From the NCBI GenBank assembly GCA_016699385.1, contig CP064974.1, positions 596,466 to 660,465 of the forward strand: DNA of 64,000 nt. The letters are read 5' to 3'. Numbering within the stretch: position 1 is the first letter of the stretch; each line of letters begins with the position of its first letter. The notes beneath the pieces were generated by a model. It searched no databases. It was not told where the DNA came from and saw only the letters and a program-made list of their open reading frames with translations. Positions 51,701 to 61,012 of this stretch are shown piece by piece. A program made the position numbers and the translations under genes. The stretch is from Candidatus Moraniibacteriota bacterium (GTDB lineage Bacteria > Patescibacteriota > Minisyncoccia > Moranbacterales > UBA1568).

Positions 51701-51988
51701 CTACTCTGTCACCACAGCGAGAATATCTTCGTTTTTGACAATGGCATATTCAGTACCGGCTATCTTGATATCGGTTCCGCCATAGCGGGTATAGATAATG
51801 TGCTGACCGGGCTTCACCTTGATCTTGTCACTCTCGCCAATCGCTACAACCTTGCCTTCCTTTGAGGATCGATCCGAAGAGGCATTCTCCGGCAAATAAA
51901 GACCTGAATCGGTTTTCACTTCCGGCTTTTCAAAAGCAACCAACACATTCTCACCAAGTGGCGCAACATTCACCTTTTTCATAGGCAT
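51701..51988 (-). CDS. groES: co-chaperonin GroES
   Basis: 95 aa with GroES sequence (…KPLGENVLV…GKVVAIG…); no groEL follows in this window. Confidence 0.9.
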   Translation of the reverse strand: MPMKKVNVAPLGENVLVAFEKPEVKTDSGLYLPENASSDRSSKEGKVVAIGESDKIKVKPGQHIIYTRYGGTDIKIAGTEYAIVKNEDILAVVTE

Positions 51989-52032
51989 ATTCAGATTAAC
52001 GGATTATCACTCTCTCTATTTTAAGAAAGCGA

Positions 52033-52059
52033 TTGGCACTTGTCAAGGAAGAGTGCTAA
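52033..52059. promoter_or_regulatory. CIRCE-like operator upstream of groES
   Basis: TTGGCACTT-N9-GAGTGCTAA (two mismatches in the left arm versus the consensus), 45 nt upstream of the groES start. Confidence 0.7.
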
Positions 52060-52080
52060 AAATTTGTCTCTTGAAGCACG

Positions 52081-53268
52081 CTACAGATCAACAGACACAT
52101 CTTGCTCTATTCCTCCACGAAGTACGCGGAGCGTCGCGATATCTCCCCGACTCAGTCTCCCGATTGCTACAGAGAGTGGGTTGTCGAGATTAATCTCTTG
52201 CTCGTTAACAGCGATAACAATATCACCAATACGAAGCCCTGCCTTTTCCGCTGGTGATCCTGAGAGGATGGCAAGTCCCTGTCGCCCGGAAGGAGTCATG
52301 ATAAGCGCGCCACGGTCACGACCAATTGAGTTGGCAATCGCATATGCCTTGGTGATAGAAATATACGAAACGCCCAAACGAGGTCGATTCGAAAGCGTCC
52401 CGCGCACTTGTCGTTCAAGCGATGCCTTCACAGCGCTCCCAGGAAGCAGAAATGTTTCGAAACCACCGTCTTTCGGCGCGTTCCCAACGATACCAACTAA
52501 ATCCCCTTGATAGTCGATAGCTGGACCGCCAAGATAAGGAGCAAGTGTCGCAGCATCAACAGCATACACGCCCTCCCACTGCTCCGACGATGCAACGACA
52601 CCTCCGGCGATATTAAATGATTTGTCTGTATTGCCCAAAAGTCCCGTTGAATAACGGTTCCGATATTCTTCCGCCGTATTAGCAATCAAAATTAATTTCT
52701 TCCCCGCGCGAATCCCATCCGGATCAGCGAAAGATATGGAAGGTAAATTGGAAGCCGCAATCGACAAGTAGGAAAGTCCCGTGAGCGAGTCAGTCGCCAC
52801 AAGTGTCGCAGGATAACTTATTCCATTGTAGAGAAATACGGTATACGAGGCATTTTCGAGAAGCGCTGTGCGAAACGTTGCAATGAGACCATCATTGGTG
52901 ACGAGTACACCGCTTCCTTGGAGCATGCCCACATTTTTCGAAGTTTCCTCTCCAACCTTTGCGATTTCGGCACCACCGCCCCTCCTCACCGAAAGAATAT
53001 TCACCACCGAAGGAGATGCCGAAAGCGCAATCGTCTCCACTGAGTCATCTTCACGAATCGTCACCTGCTCTGTCTTGTTGATAATAACCGTGTTCTCAGC
53101 TGCCTTTTGGAATATTCCCCATCGGGAAAGAAAACTATCCGCAGCGATTTTTGGCAAGAGCACGCGATCGGCAACGATGCCCGCCACACCTCCAAGGAGC
53201 GCGATGCTTGCAACCACAAACCCAGACCACAAACATTTTTTCACAAGTACGTTCATAAAACTCAACAT
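52081..53268 (-). CDS. HtrA/DegP-like trypsin-fold + PDZ protein, catalytically degenerate
   Basis: The S1C scaffold aligns (GSGVLVTNDG…, DAATLAPYLGGPAIDYQGDLVGIV), but His is replaced by Thr, Asp by Gly and Ser by Leu (GNSGGP reads PYLGGP); the C-terminal PDZ is intact; N-terminal TM anchor. Confidence 0.7.
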   Translation of the reverse strand: MLSFMNVLVKKCLWSGFVVASIALLGGVAGIVADRVLLPKIAADSFLSRWGIFQKAAENTVIINKTEQVTIREDDSVETIALSASPSVVNILSVRRGGGAEIAKVGEETSKNVGMLQGSGVLVTNDGLIATFRTALLENASYTVFLYNGISYPATLVATDSLTGLSYLSIAASNLPSISFADPDGIRAGKKLILIANTAEEYRNRYSTGLLGNTDKSFNIAGGVVASSEQWEGVYAVDAATLAPYLGGPAIDYQGDLVGIVGNAPKDGGFETFLLPGSAVKASLERQVRGTLSNRPRLGVSYISITKAYAIANSIGRDRGALIMTPSGRQGLAILSGSPAEKAGLRIGDIVIAVNEQEINLDNPLSVAIGRLSRGDIATLRVLRGGIEQDVSVDL

Positions 53269-53351
53269 TCAAAGATTTCAAAAGTAAGAGCATCCTCAAG
53301 AAGTCATGAGAAACAATCTCGACTAACAGGCTCAATAAGTTCCATTATACA

Positions 53352-54128
53352 CTACACCACCTGAAACCACTGAGCGCTCGAGAGTACCACTATCGTGAGG
53401 AGAAGTATGAGAATCACATGCGCCGCCAAGCGCTTCTTCGAAATGCCTCCCGCCGTTTCTGCCTGAATACTATCCCAGATAGGAGAAGTAAACATAAGCA
53501 TAAGTACGCCTGTTGTCAAGTACCCAAACGGCCAAAACGTCCCAATCCAAGCAAGTTGTGCCGCAAAGAATCCCAGGAGAAGCGCATAAAACATCGCCTT
53601 CTCCCACTCTTCACGAAACGAACGCAAAAAGACAGAAAGTCCCACCAGAAACGCCGACACTCCACACGACAGCATCAGCATATACTCGGTAAATCTCTGA
53701 AAATTCAGAAACAAACCAGAAAAAACACTAAAGAGAAAAAAGAGTGTTGTCATTGCAACAAGCGACAGCATACTCTGTGCTGTGAGGTCGCCCGCGTACT
53801 GTCGAAGTCTATAAATCCCAAGCACTGCCACGTAGAAAACGAGTGAGCTCAAAAGAATGAATATGTGTTTCTCACGTGAAGAGCTCACAAAAAACAAAAG
53901 GAACACTGCCGAAAATGAAAAGAGTGTCGGCACAATAGCCAAACTCGCCGATCCTCCAAATCGCCACGACATCCGAAAAACTCCCCCCAGAAAAATGAGC
54001 GCGAGCATCAAAAACCATTCCGGAAACAATACAACAAGCTCCAATGACCCAAAGAAAAACGCCGCAAACAACAAAAGAGACGCATGAAATAACATAGAAA
54101 AATCCCCAGAAAAAATTCCCGCCTTCAC
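53352..54128 (-). CDS. polytopic membrane protein, hypothetical
   Basis: 258 aa with about 8 predicted TM helices; lies between the sigma-factor gene and the HtrA-like gene on the same strand. Confidence 0.5.
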   Translation of the reverse strand: MKAGIFSGDFSMLFHASLLLFAAFFFGSLELVVLFPEWFLMLALIFLGGVFRMSWRFGGSASLAIVPTLFSFSAVFLLFFVSSSREKHIFILLSSLVFYVAVLGIYRLRQYAGDLTAQSMLSLVAMTTLFFLFSVFSGLFLNFQRFTEYMLMLSCGVSAFLVGLSVFLRSFREEWEKAMFYALLLGFFAAQLAWIGTFWPFGYLTTGVLMLMFTSPIWDSIQAETAGGISKKRLAAHVILILLLTIVVLSSAQWFQVV

Positions 54129-54258
54129 TTCCCCATCCTACTCTTTTCCCATCTCAACATGCAAGCACGAAAGAGCAAGACGAAAAGTTTTAACTACAAA
54201 AAAAACGCCCCGATGATTCCAACCGGGGCGTAGAATTTTTCAAATTTTTCAGACACAC

Positions 54259-55965
54259 TCAATCTCCCAGGAAGTCTCCTTTCCGATACCCCTGATTTTC
54301 CATTTTTTTTCGAAGGGAACTTCTCGCCGTAAAATCAATCTGATGAACCCGTGCTCTTGTTACGCCAAGTTCCTCTCCCAATGAACCAAGCGTCCTTGGC
54401 TCTTCATCGGGAAATCCGAACCGCCCCGATACTACGCACTTCTGCCGCGGACCCAGCGTCCCAAGAAATTCTCCAACAACTTCTCGTTGATTCTCGAGAG
54501 AAACTATCTCCTCAGGAGGGCACGCTTGGTCAGTCAGAATATCAAGCAAGCTCCTTCCACTACCCTTGACTGTTTCTTCTTCAGCATCAAGGGACACCAC
54601 ACCCGATAAGTACATATCAGCATACTTTCGAGCCGACTTCAAAGGAATTTTTGCCTCAGCTGCCGCGCGAGCCAATGCATCCCCTCGGTCAAATGCTTCC
54701 AGAAATTTCTCCATCTCCCGGTGAAACTTTGCAAACTTCCAGTGCAAGCCTCTTGGAAAAGACACTGCGTTAAAAGTATCAGCATAGGCAACCCTGAGCT
54801 TTCCAAGAATATACCGAATGGCATATGTCGAGAATCGAAATCCCATTTCTTCATCAAAACGACTCCCTGCTTCGAGAAGAGCAAGATTTGCCTCCTGAAC
54901 GCAATCATCAAGACTCATCATGATATTGTTCCGATGTGACGCCCAGAAACGGCGTGCCGACCAGAAGGCCAATCGAAGATTAGCCTGAACAAGATCATTG
55001 CGCGCGCCAACATCACCACCCTTTATCCGCACGGCAAGTGCTTTTTCTTCCGATGCATCAAGAAGTCGAAAAGTCCCTACCATTCGATTGTACCAGCCAT
55101 TCATTCCCTCTTCGGGATGATATCGCTGTTTTTTGGGAATATCTTTGTCACCTTCAGCAAGAGTCTTTCTCGTCCGGCGACGTCCTTTGACATTGACTCC
55201 CTTTTCTGAAGATTCATCCTGGATTCGCATCTCCTCTGGCGCACTTGTGCCACCAGAACTCTCATTGATTTCAGCATCGAGCATCAATGCTATATCAGCG
55301 CTCGATTCCATCACAGGATCGCACTTCTCCGATTGTGGAACACACCTCGCATGACGATACGAGAGAAAGTCAATTTGGAGATAATCGCCACGTCGAACGA
55401 TACGACCAAGATCATCACCAAGAAGATTAACTCTCAGTACGTCCTTACCATTCAACAGATTCGCCTGAATCGGAATACCGTATATGCCACCGGTTGGATT
55501 CACTATACGAATAAGCATTCTCCCAAGAGAGATACCCGTAAACCGCTCGAGAGAAATATGCTGAGTGCTCCGCACAACATCTTCCGTATCACCCATTCGA
55601 AATACGTGTTGACATATTGGGCACCGAAGAATTATTGGCGGCACGATTACATACTTATCAGGACTCGCGAGGAGAACATTCTCACGACGCCTCCCGCATT
55701 GGGAAAGAAAGTCCGATTTTCCAACGAGCTCCGTTTGAATACCAGAGAGACCTGGTTTCCACTGAAGGCACTGACCATCTTCGCGAAGTTCAAACACCCC
55801 CTCCACCAAAAACCAGGAAAGTTTTTCTCCTCCCACCGCCGCTTCTCGACGCCTCTGAAGCATCAACAAAAATTTCTTTGTTGACTTGAGTGACAAGAGG
55901 ATTCCCTCAACTGAATCGTATGACTGCTTGGCAATCCTTTTGGGCTTCGATTTCATGATGAACAC
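54259..55965 (-). CDS. sigma-70 family RNA polymerase sigma factor with a ~280-aa N-terminal extension
   Basis: C-terminal half has regions 1.2/2 (…DLVQANLRLAFWSARRF…FSTYAIRYI…), 3 and 4.2 (…RTLGSLGEELGVTRARVHQID…); the N-terminal extension contains CPICQH and is not an acidic region 1.1. Confidence 0.75.
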   Translation of the reverse strand: MFIMKSKPKRIAKQSYDSVEGILLSLKSTKKFLLMLQRRREAAVGGEKLSWFLVEGVFELREDGQCLQWKPGLSGIQTELVGKSDFLSQCGRRRENVLLASPDKYVIVPPIILRCPICQHVFRMGDTEDVVRSTQHISLERFTGISLGRMLIRIVNPTGGIYGIPIQANLLNGKDVLRVNLLGDDLGRIVRRGDYLQIDFLSYRHARCVPQSEKCDPVMESSADIALMLDAEINESSGGTSAPEEMRIQDESSEKGVNVKGRRRTRKTLAEGDKDIPKKQRYHPEEGMNGWYNRMVGTFRLLDASEEKALAVRIKGGDVGARNDLVQANLRLAFWSARRFWASHRNNIMMSLDDCVQEANLALLEAGSRFDEEMGFRFSTYAIRYILGKLRVAYADTFNAVSFPRGLHWKFAKFHREMEKFLEAFDRGDALARAAAEAKIPLKSARKYADMYLSGVVSLDAEEETVKGSGRSLLDILTDQACPPEEIVSLENQREVVGEFLGTLGPRQKCVVSGRFGFPDEEPRTLGSLGEELGVTRARVHQIDFTARSSLRKKMENQGYRKGDFLGD

Positions 55966-56068
55966 CCCTATTGCAGAACGTTAGCCAAAATATAGAAAGA
56001 ACCTCCTCTACTATATGGAGGGAATCCTTTTGTTGTCAAATTATTTCAGCCATATACTCTGCCAAAAG

Positions 56069-56743
56069 CTATCGATTTACATACCGTCCATATTCTTCTC
56101 CGACAAATTTTTTGATGGAAGAAATTGGGACAATGTTCGGATATCGGGCAAGTATCTTGAGTGCAAGGTAGACACTGATAACGAAAACGGCATTCCAAAT
56201 ACCAGACGCGTGACGAATAGTAAAGGAATGAATCATGCCGAAGAAAAACACTCCGTACACTATTCGGTGAAGCGTCACCCACTTCCTTTTGAGAATGCGG
56301 ATCGAAAGAGCATTGGAAGTAAAGAGTAGAGGGAGTGTCAGCATATACGACACAATACCCGCAAGAAGCACGGGTTCTATACGAAGAGGTGTGGCGAAAT
56401 AAGTGAGGAGTGGAAGCGGAAACCACACCGGATCTATCAGATACCCAATGCCATGCACCGTCACGAGATAGGCAAAGAAAATACCAAGCTGCCGCCGCAT
56501 GCCCATAAGCAATTGGAAAAGCGAGATCGGGAAAAGCTTCGTAATCGGACTTAAGAATACGATGAACACCAAGAGATTCCTTGACCACTCGCCAAAACTA
56601 TTGCGCAGATCAGGAAAGAAAAACCCGAAAAGACTCGCGTGCGCAATGAGTAGTATTGCCATCTTCACTTCCTGATACCATCGTCGAAGAAATGTCGTCG
56701 CCTCATCATACATCCAAAAAAACATTCGAGGAATCGTAGTCAT
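56069..56743 (-). CDS. ferric-reductase-like / MsrQ (YedZ)-like heme-binding membrane protein
   Basis: 224 aa, 6 TM, with conserved His in TM3 and an H-x12-H pair (HRIVYGVFFFGMIH). Confidence 0.5.
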   Translation of the reverse strand: MTTIPRMFFWMYDEATTFLRRWYQEVKMAILLIAHASLFGFFFPDLRNSFGEWSRNLLVFIVFLSPITKLFPISLFQLLMGMRRQLGIFFAYLVTVHGIGYLIDPVWFPLPLLTYFATPLRIEPVLLAGIVSYMLTLPLLFTSNALSIRILKRKWVTLHRIVYGVFFFGMIHSFTIRHASGIWNAVFVISVYLALKILARYPNIVPISSIKKFVGEEYGRYVNR

Positions 56744-57091
56744 AAAAAAATTCGGAGTTTATGCGTAGTGCCAATTAACTTCCTTTCACAAAAAGAAAAC
56801 AGGGCTATAATCGAAACATAGAATTATCCGCTAAAACAAATCTATGCTCAACATCGCCACTGTTCTCACCACTATATTCACATATGTCGATGAGCACTGC
56901 AAGAGCCATATCTCTGAGAAGCACTGACCAGCCCCAAAACTTACCGACGGGGTACCCTCCATCATTCATCGCCTTGTAAAAATCAATAAGACAAAGCCAC
57001 CACACTCCTCAAAAGCGACAAAATATTGAAACACCCTCTTTTTTCCTCCATGCACTCTCAGTAAGATGACCGAAAACGTGTATTTGGAATG

Positions 57092-57123
57092 AAAAAAAAC
57101 TCCCCCAGACGCTACAAGGGGAG
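57092..57123 (-). terminator. terminator after the purE-purC fusion gene
   Basis: CTCCCC-N11-GGGGAG hairpin preceded on the plus strand by A8, i.e. U8 on the minus-strand RNA. Confidence 0.55.
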
Positions 57124-57140
57124 TAAATACTTTCATCAAA

Positions 57141-58640
57141 TTACTTCGGGATTCCCATATCCTCTTCTTGGAACCGCTCCAAGGGTTTTCCGGTTGCGAG
57201 TTCCACCATGCACCGATAGTTCCTCGTCGTTTGAAGAACTAATTCTTGAGGAGGAATCCAGTTAGGATTCGACTTAACATTTGCAGCTCTTCCTGCAATT
57301 CGAATTACCTCCTTGTCAAAACTCGGTGAAGTCCTCCCTTCAGCCATAGCGACCTTTCGTTCTTCTTCCGGCCAAAAACGACTGGAGTCCGGCGTCAGCA
57401 CCTCATCAATAAGGACGATTTCTCCGGAATCAGCATAGCCGAATTCAAACTTTGTATCGGCAAGCGTTATCCCGGGGAAAGCAAGTCGCTCCTTGGCACG
57501 CCGGTACACGGAAACCGCCATATCGCGAACATACTCCGCCGCTTCCCTCCCGACAATTTCCACCGCCCTCTCAAAGCTGATGTTCTCATCATGCTGTCCG
57601 TAGTCCGCCTTCGTCGACGGCGTGAACAAGATAGCGGGCAGCTCGCTTCCATCAATAAGGCCGGGAGGCAGTGAAACCCCGCACACGCTCCCACTCTTCT
57701 GATAATCAGCGAGACCCGATCCCGTCAGGTATCCTCGCACTATCGCCTCAATCTTGAGCACCTTGGTCCGTCTCACCACAATCATGTTTTTCATGAGAAG
57801 GCAGAGACCCGTTGTTCCGAGCTCGGAACACAGCTCCGGCGGAAGGTAGGCGACAATATCATTTCCATAGGCCAAGAGATGGTTCGGAACATCCCGAAAC
57901 ACGTTCACAAGCCAGTGAATCGTCATCGCTGTCAGTACGGCGCCTTTCTGGGGAATAGTCGTATTCAGGACGATATCGAAAATACTCACTCGATTCGTCG
58001 CCAAAATGTAGAGCAGGTTGGGATACCGGGGATTTACAAACATTTCACGCGTCTTTCCCGTGGACACGTGAATGAGTCCGCCGGATTCCAACTGCTGAAT
58101 CATGGGCTCAACTGAAGCATTTTCAGGATACTTTCGCCGTCCATGATGATAGGCACCGGCAAGATTGAATGTCTGCGGCGGTTTCTGCTCGCTCAAAAGA
58201 ATCTCCGGGAGCTCCCCGTTCACAGCATATTCAAACGCCGCTGTAGACTCCGCAAAGAATTCCTCTCTGAAGACGAACTGCGCGTTAGGCACTTCCTTTG
58301 CAGAAAGATAGGCCGCTTGATTCGCTTCTTCCGATTTCCCCATGATCGGCACCACAATAAAGCACGTATGGTTATTGCGATACTCGTTGCGAGAAATAGC
58401 GTCGGCGTCGCCAAAAATTGCCGCCAACTTTCCGGCACAGACAATCACTACATCCACCTCATAATCCGAGAACTTGTAAAGCAAATCTCTCAACTCCTTC
58501 GGATTTCGATGTGTACTGCACACCTCCACAGCCAAAACTTTGACCAATCCTTGCGCCTCCGCCACGCGGAGTACTGCCAATCCCGAGGTAATCCGACCAA
58601 GATCAGAATCCGAACCACACAACACCACGATCGTTCTCAT
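57141..58640 (-). CDS. purEC: bifunctional PurE-like (AIR carboxylase/N5-CAIR mutase fold) - PurC (SAICAR synthetase) fusion
   Basis: N-terminal VVLCGSDSD…STHRNP PurE motifs; C-terminal SAICAR synthetase motifs (RGYLTGS, LFTPSTKA, ADTKFEFG, LIDEVLTPDSSRFW); ATG at MRTIVV inside ORF 57141..58778. Confidence 0.75.
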   Translation of the reverse strand: MRTIVVLCGSDSDLGRITSGLAVLRVAEAQGLVKVLAVEVCSTHRNPKELRDLLYKFSDYEVDVVIVCAGKLAAIFGDADAISRNEYRNNHTCFIVVPIMGKSEEANQAAYLSAKEVPNAQFVFREEFFAESTAAFEYAVNGELPEILLSEQKPPQTFNLAGAYHHGRRKYPENASVEPMIQQLESGGLIHVSTGKTREMFVNPRYPNLLYILATNRVSIFDIVLNTTIPQKGAVLTAMTIHWLVNVFRDVPNHLLAYGNDIVAYLPPELCSELGTTGLCLLMKNMIVVRRTKVLKIEAIVRGYLTGSGLADYQKSGSVCGVSLPPGLIDGSELPAILFTPSTKADYGQHDENISFERAVEIVGREAAEYVRDMAVSVYRRAKERLAFPGITLADTKFEFGYADSGEIVLIDEVLTPDSSRFWPEEERKVAMAEGRTSPSFDKEVIRIAGRAANVKSNPNWIPPQELVLQTTRNYRCMVELATGKPLERFQEEDMGIPK

Positions 58641-58791
58641 GATACCTCTCCTCTTCTCTTCAAAATCAAAACACATTGTTAAAAAAACTCTGTGGATCTC
58701 GCCACAAAAAACATGCGGAATCGCAGATAACTGCCCATCCATACAAACAAAGAAAACCTCCTTTGTCAATTCCTCCAAGTGGCAGCAAGTT

Positions 58792-60492
58792 CTACTTTCT
58801 CCGCACTTTCTCTGTCACCCAGAACTCGCCAAAATACTTTCCGAAGAGCAATCGCGTCTGCGAATCAAGTGCCGGAAAGGCAGAGAGAAAAGCGACGAAT
58901 GGCGACAATACCCACTGAAACAGCATGAGGATATGTTTTGACCAGTGGTATTTCGCTGGTCTCGGCGGAAGAGAGAACAGCGAGAGTGGCACTGACACCA
59001 CCATGCCAAGCATCGCGAGCGTCATAAGACGCTGTGTGATGAGCGGGAGATTGTGTGCCAAGACACTCTCGCGAAACGCGGCGCCACCCAAGACAAGCGG
59101 CAGCCACCCGAGAAGCGCGAGAATAAAAGACGTCGTCGCCCACGAATAATGTCCCTCGAGCATTTCAAAAGAGATGCGAAACTTTTTGAAAAAAGAAATG
59201 CGTCGATCCGGCCAGAGAGCACGCATCGTGACGGGAAAGTTCTCGATACCATATGCCCATCGACGGTTTTGTTTGTATTGATTCACGATAGTTTTCCAAT
59301 ACGTACTCGAGAGAACTGCGTCGAGTGATACTGGCAGATGAATCGGCTGCACTTCGTAGTCACCATGGAAATAGGCCAGACATTTCCAGTAAATATTGGA
59401 ATCCTCACTAATCATATTGACCAACCAAAAATCTACCTTGACCAAGGTATCAAACGGTTCACTATGCGACGAGAACGTCACCATCTGTCGTCGCGTACTC
59501 TGAAAGAGATGCCAAAACGACGATCCCGTCACCACAAGTCGCACAAAGGCATTCGTATCCCAGATAGTATTGTGATAGACCGGCATCGGCTGATACGCCC
59601 GCTGAAGCCGATTCGGATTGGTGACATAGGCATAGGTGAGCGCTGCGAAATATTCTGGATGCGCGATACTATCACAATCAAAATTCGAGAAAACAACTCG
59701 CGTATAGTCGATATGTCGCTCATCAAGATATTGCTGCAATACTTTCGCAGCAAACTTTGCATTTGATGCCTTGCATTTCATTTCTCCATCCGCGACCACA
59801 TGCGTCGTCACGAGGAAATCTCGGAACACTCCATCAAACTTCTTCTTCAGATACTCCACTTTCGCGAGGCGATGCGCCTCATCTTCACGCTCCTCAGTCG
59901 CCAAGAGCACAATCATTTGTTCCTTGGGAAAGTTTGCCTCGGCGAGCGAGCGAATAGACGGTTCGATAATATCCGCATCCTCTCCCGCGGTCGGCAAGAG
60001 GACAACATGGATAACATTCCGCCAATCCATTATTTTGTGTTCGGACATCGCCAATTGTTTCACCTCAGCGAGCGTCTCTTTCGTTCGACAAATCTCTGCA
60101 CTTATCGTGCGGCGATGCCGAAGTGACCATACTGACAATTGCGACCGAGCTGCCTGCATATCAGAAAGTCGCGATTCCAGCTCACGCACAAACCCTGCCG
60201 GATCGAGACTTTTCTGACATCGCTCCCACCAATCCACTCGTTTGGATCTCACGAGACGGAAATGCGCCCGCGTTGAATAGAACGAGATAAACACAATGCG
60301 GTAGAGCCAATAGAGATCAAAAAGAATAATGAAAATCGCCGCCCAGAGTGGCAGTAGGAATGAAAGCGCAAACATCCCCAGAAGCGTCCCCCACGAAAGG
60401 AGTCCTGGCACCATTTCAAGCGCACGCTGAACCCGCCGCTCTCGCGGTTTGGTCGTCTTTGGATTGGGAAATGTAAACACTTTTTCGTCCAT
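58792..60492 (-). CDS. processive family-2 glycosyltransferase (cellulose/chitin-synthase-like)
   Basis: 566 aa with N- and C-terminal TM helices and a GT-A core with a QxxRW motif (KQNRRW). Confidence 0.7.
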   Translation of the reverse strand: MDEKVFTFPNPKTTKPRERRVQRALEMVPGLLSWGTLLGMFALSFLLPLWAAIFIILFDLYWLYRIVFISFYSTRAHFRLVRSKRVDWWERCQKSLDPAGFVRELESRLSDMQAARSQLSVWSLRHRRTISAEICRTKETLAEVKQLAMSEHKIMDWRNVIHVVLLPTAGEDADIIEPSIRSLAEANFPKEQMIVLLATEEREDEAHRLAKVEYLKKKFDGVFRDFLVTTHVVADGEMKCKASNAKFAAKVLQQYLDERHIDYTRVVFSNFDCDSIAHPEYFAALTYAYVTNPNRLQRAYQPMPVYHNTIWDTNAFVRLVVTGSSFWHLFQSTRRQMVTFSSHSEPFDTLVKVDFWLVNMISEDSNIYWKCLAYFHGDYEVQPIHLPVSLDAVLSSTYWKTIVNQYKQNRRWAYGIENFPVTMRALWPDRRISFFKKFRISFEMLEGHYSWATTSFILALLGWLPLVLGGAAFRESVLAHNLPLITQRLMTLAMLGMVVSVPLSLFSLPPRPAKYHWSKHILMLFQWVLSPFVAFLSAFPALDSQTRLLFGKYFGEFWVTEKVRRK

Positions 60493-60640
60493 AAATACAG
60501 ACAGATAATACCCTATTTGAAGGAAAACCGCAAGGAAAAAGCCGCGGTTTTCGAAAGAACCGCGGCACTACATGAACACAACTACTATCAAATCTCTTCG
60601 TGAGTAGTCACTAGTGAGTAGTCACTAACTGCTGAGCAAA

Positions 60641-60922
60641 CTAACCTGAGACACTCTCCTTATCGAACTCGGGATTAATAGCTTGTTGCGGGAGACCATG
60701 TTCTTCACACATCCGAATTGCTTGAAAGCACGCTGTCTCGAGCATATTTATATTAGCTTTTGCCACCCCCAAAGTATTGAGAATTGCAGATATGTCCCCG
60801 CCACTCTTGCATTCATTTGTCCTTATAGAATACAGCACAGATGCTATGTTCGATAACTCTTTAAGGGCACGTATCTCTTCTTCTGTTAGACGAAAATACA
60901 TATCCATTCCGCTCTCCCGCAA
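60641..60922 (-). CDS. small hypothetical protein
   Basis: 93-aa ORF with no recognisable motifs; convergent with GH1. Confidence 0.3.
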   Translation of the reverse strand: MRESGMDMYFRLTEEEIRALKELSNIASVLYSIRTNECKSGGDISAILNTLGVAKANINMLETACFQAIRMCEEHGLPQQAINPEFDKESVSG

Positions 60923-61012
60923 GAAAATTGAACAAGAACTTGAACCCCGCTATACTGAAACCATTCCAGAAAGCGTCATTTCTGTATAAACCATTTTTTA
61001 ACTCTTGTCAAT

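Noticed and set aside
54259-55965. PilZ-like c-di-GMP binding motif in the sigma-factor N-terminal extension
   Set aside because: The RxxxR and D/NxSxxG elements are about 130 aa apart instead of 20-30; this is not a PilZ domain.
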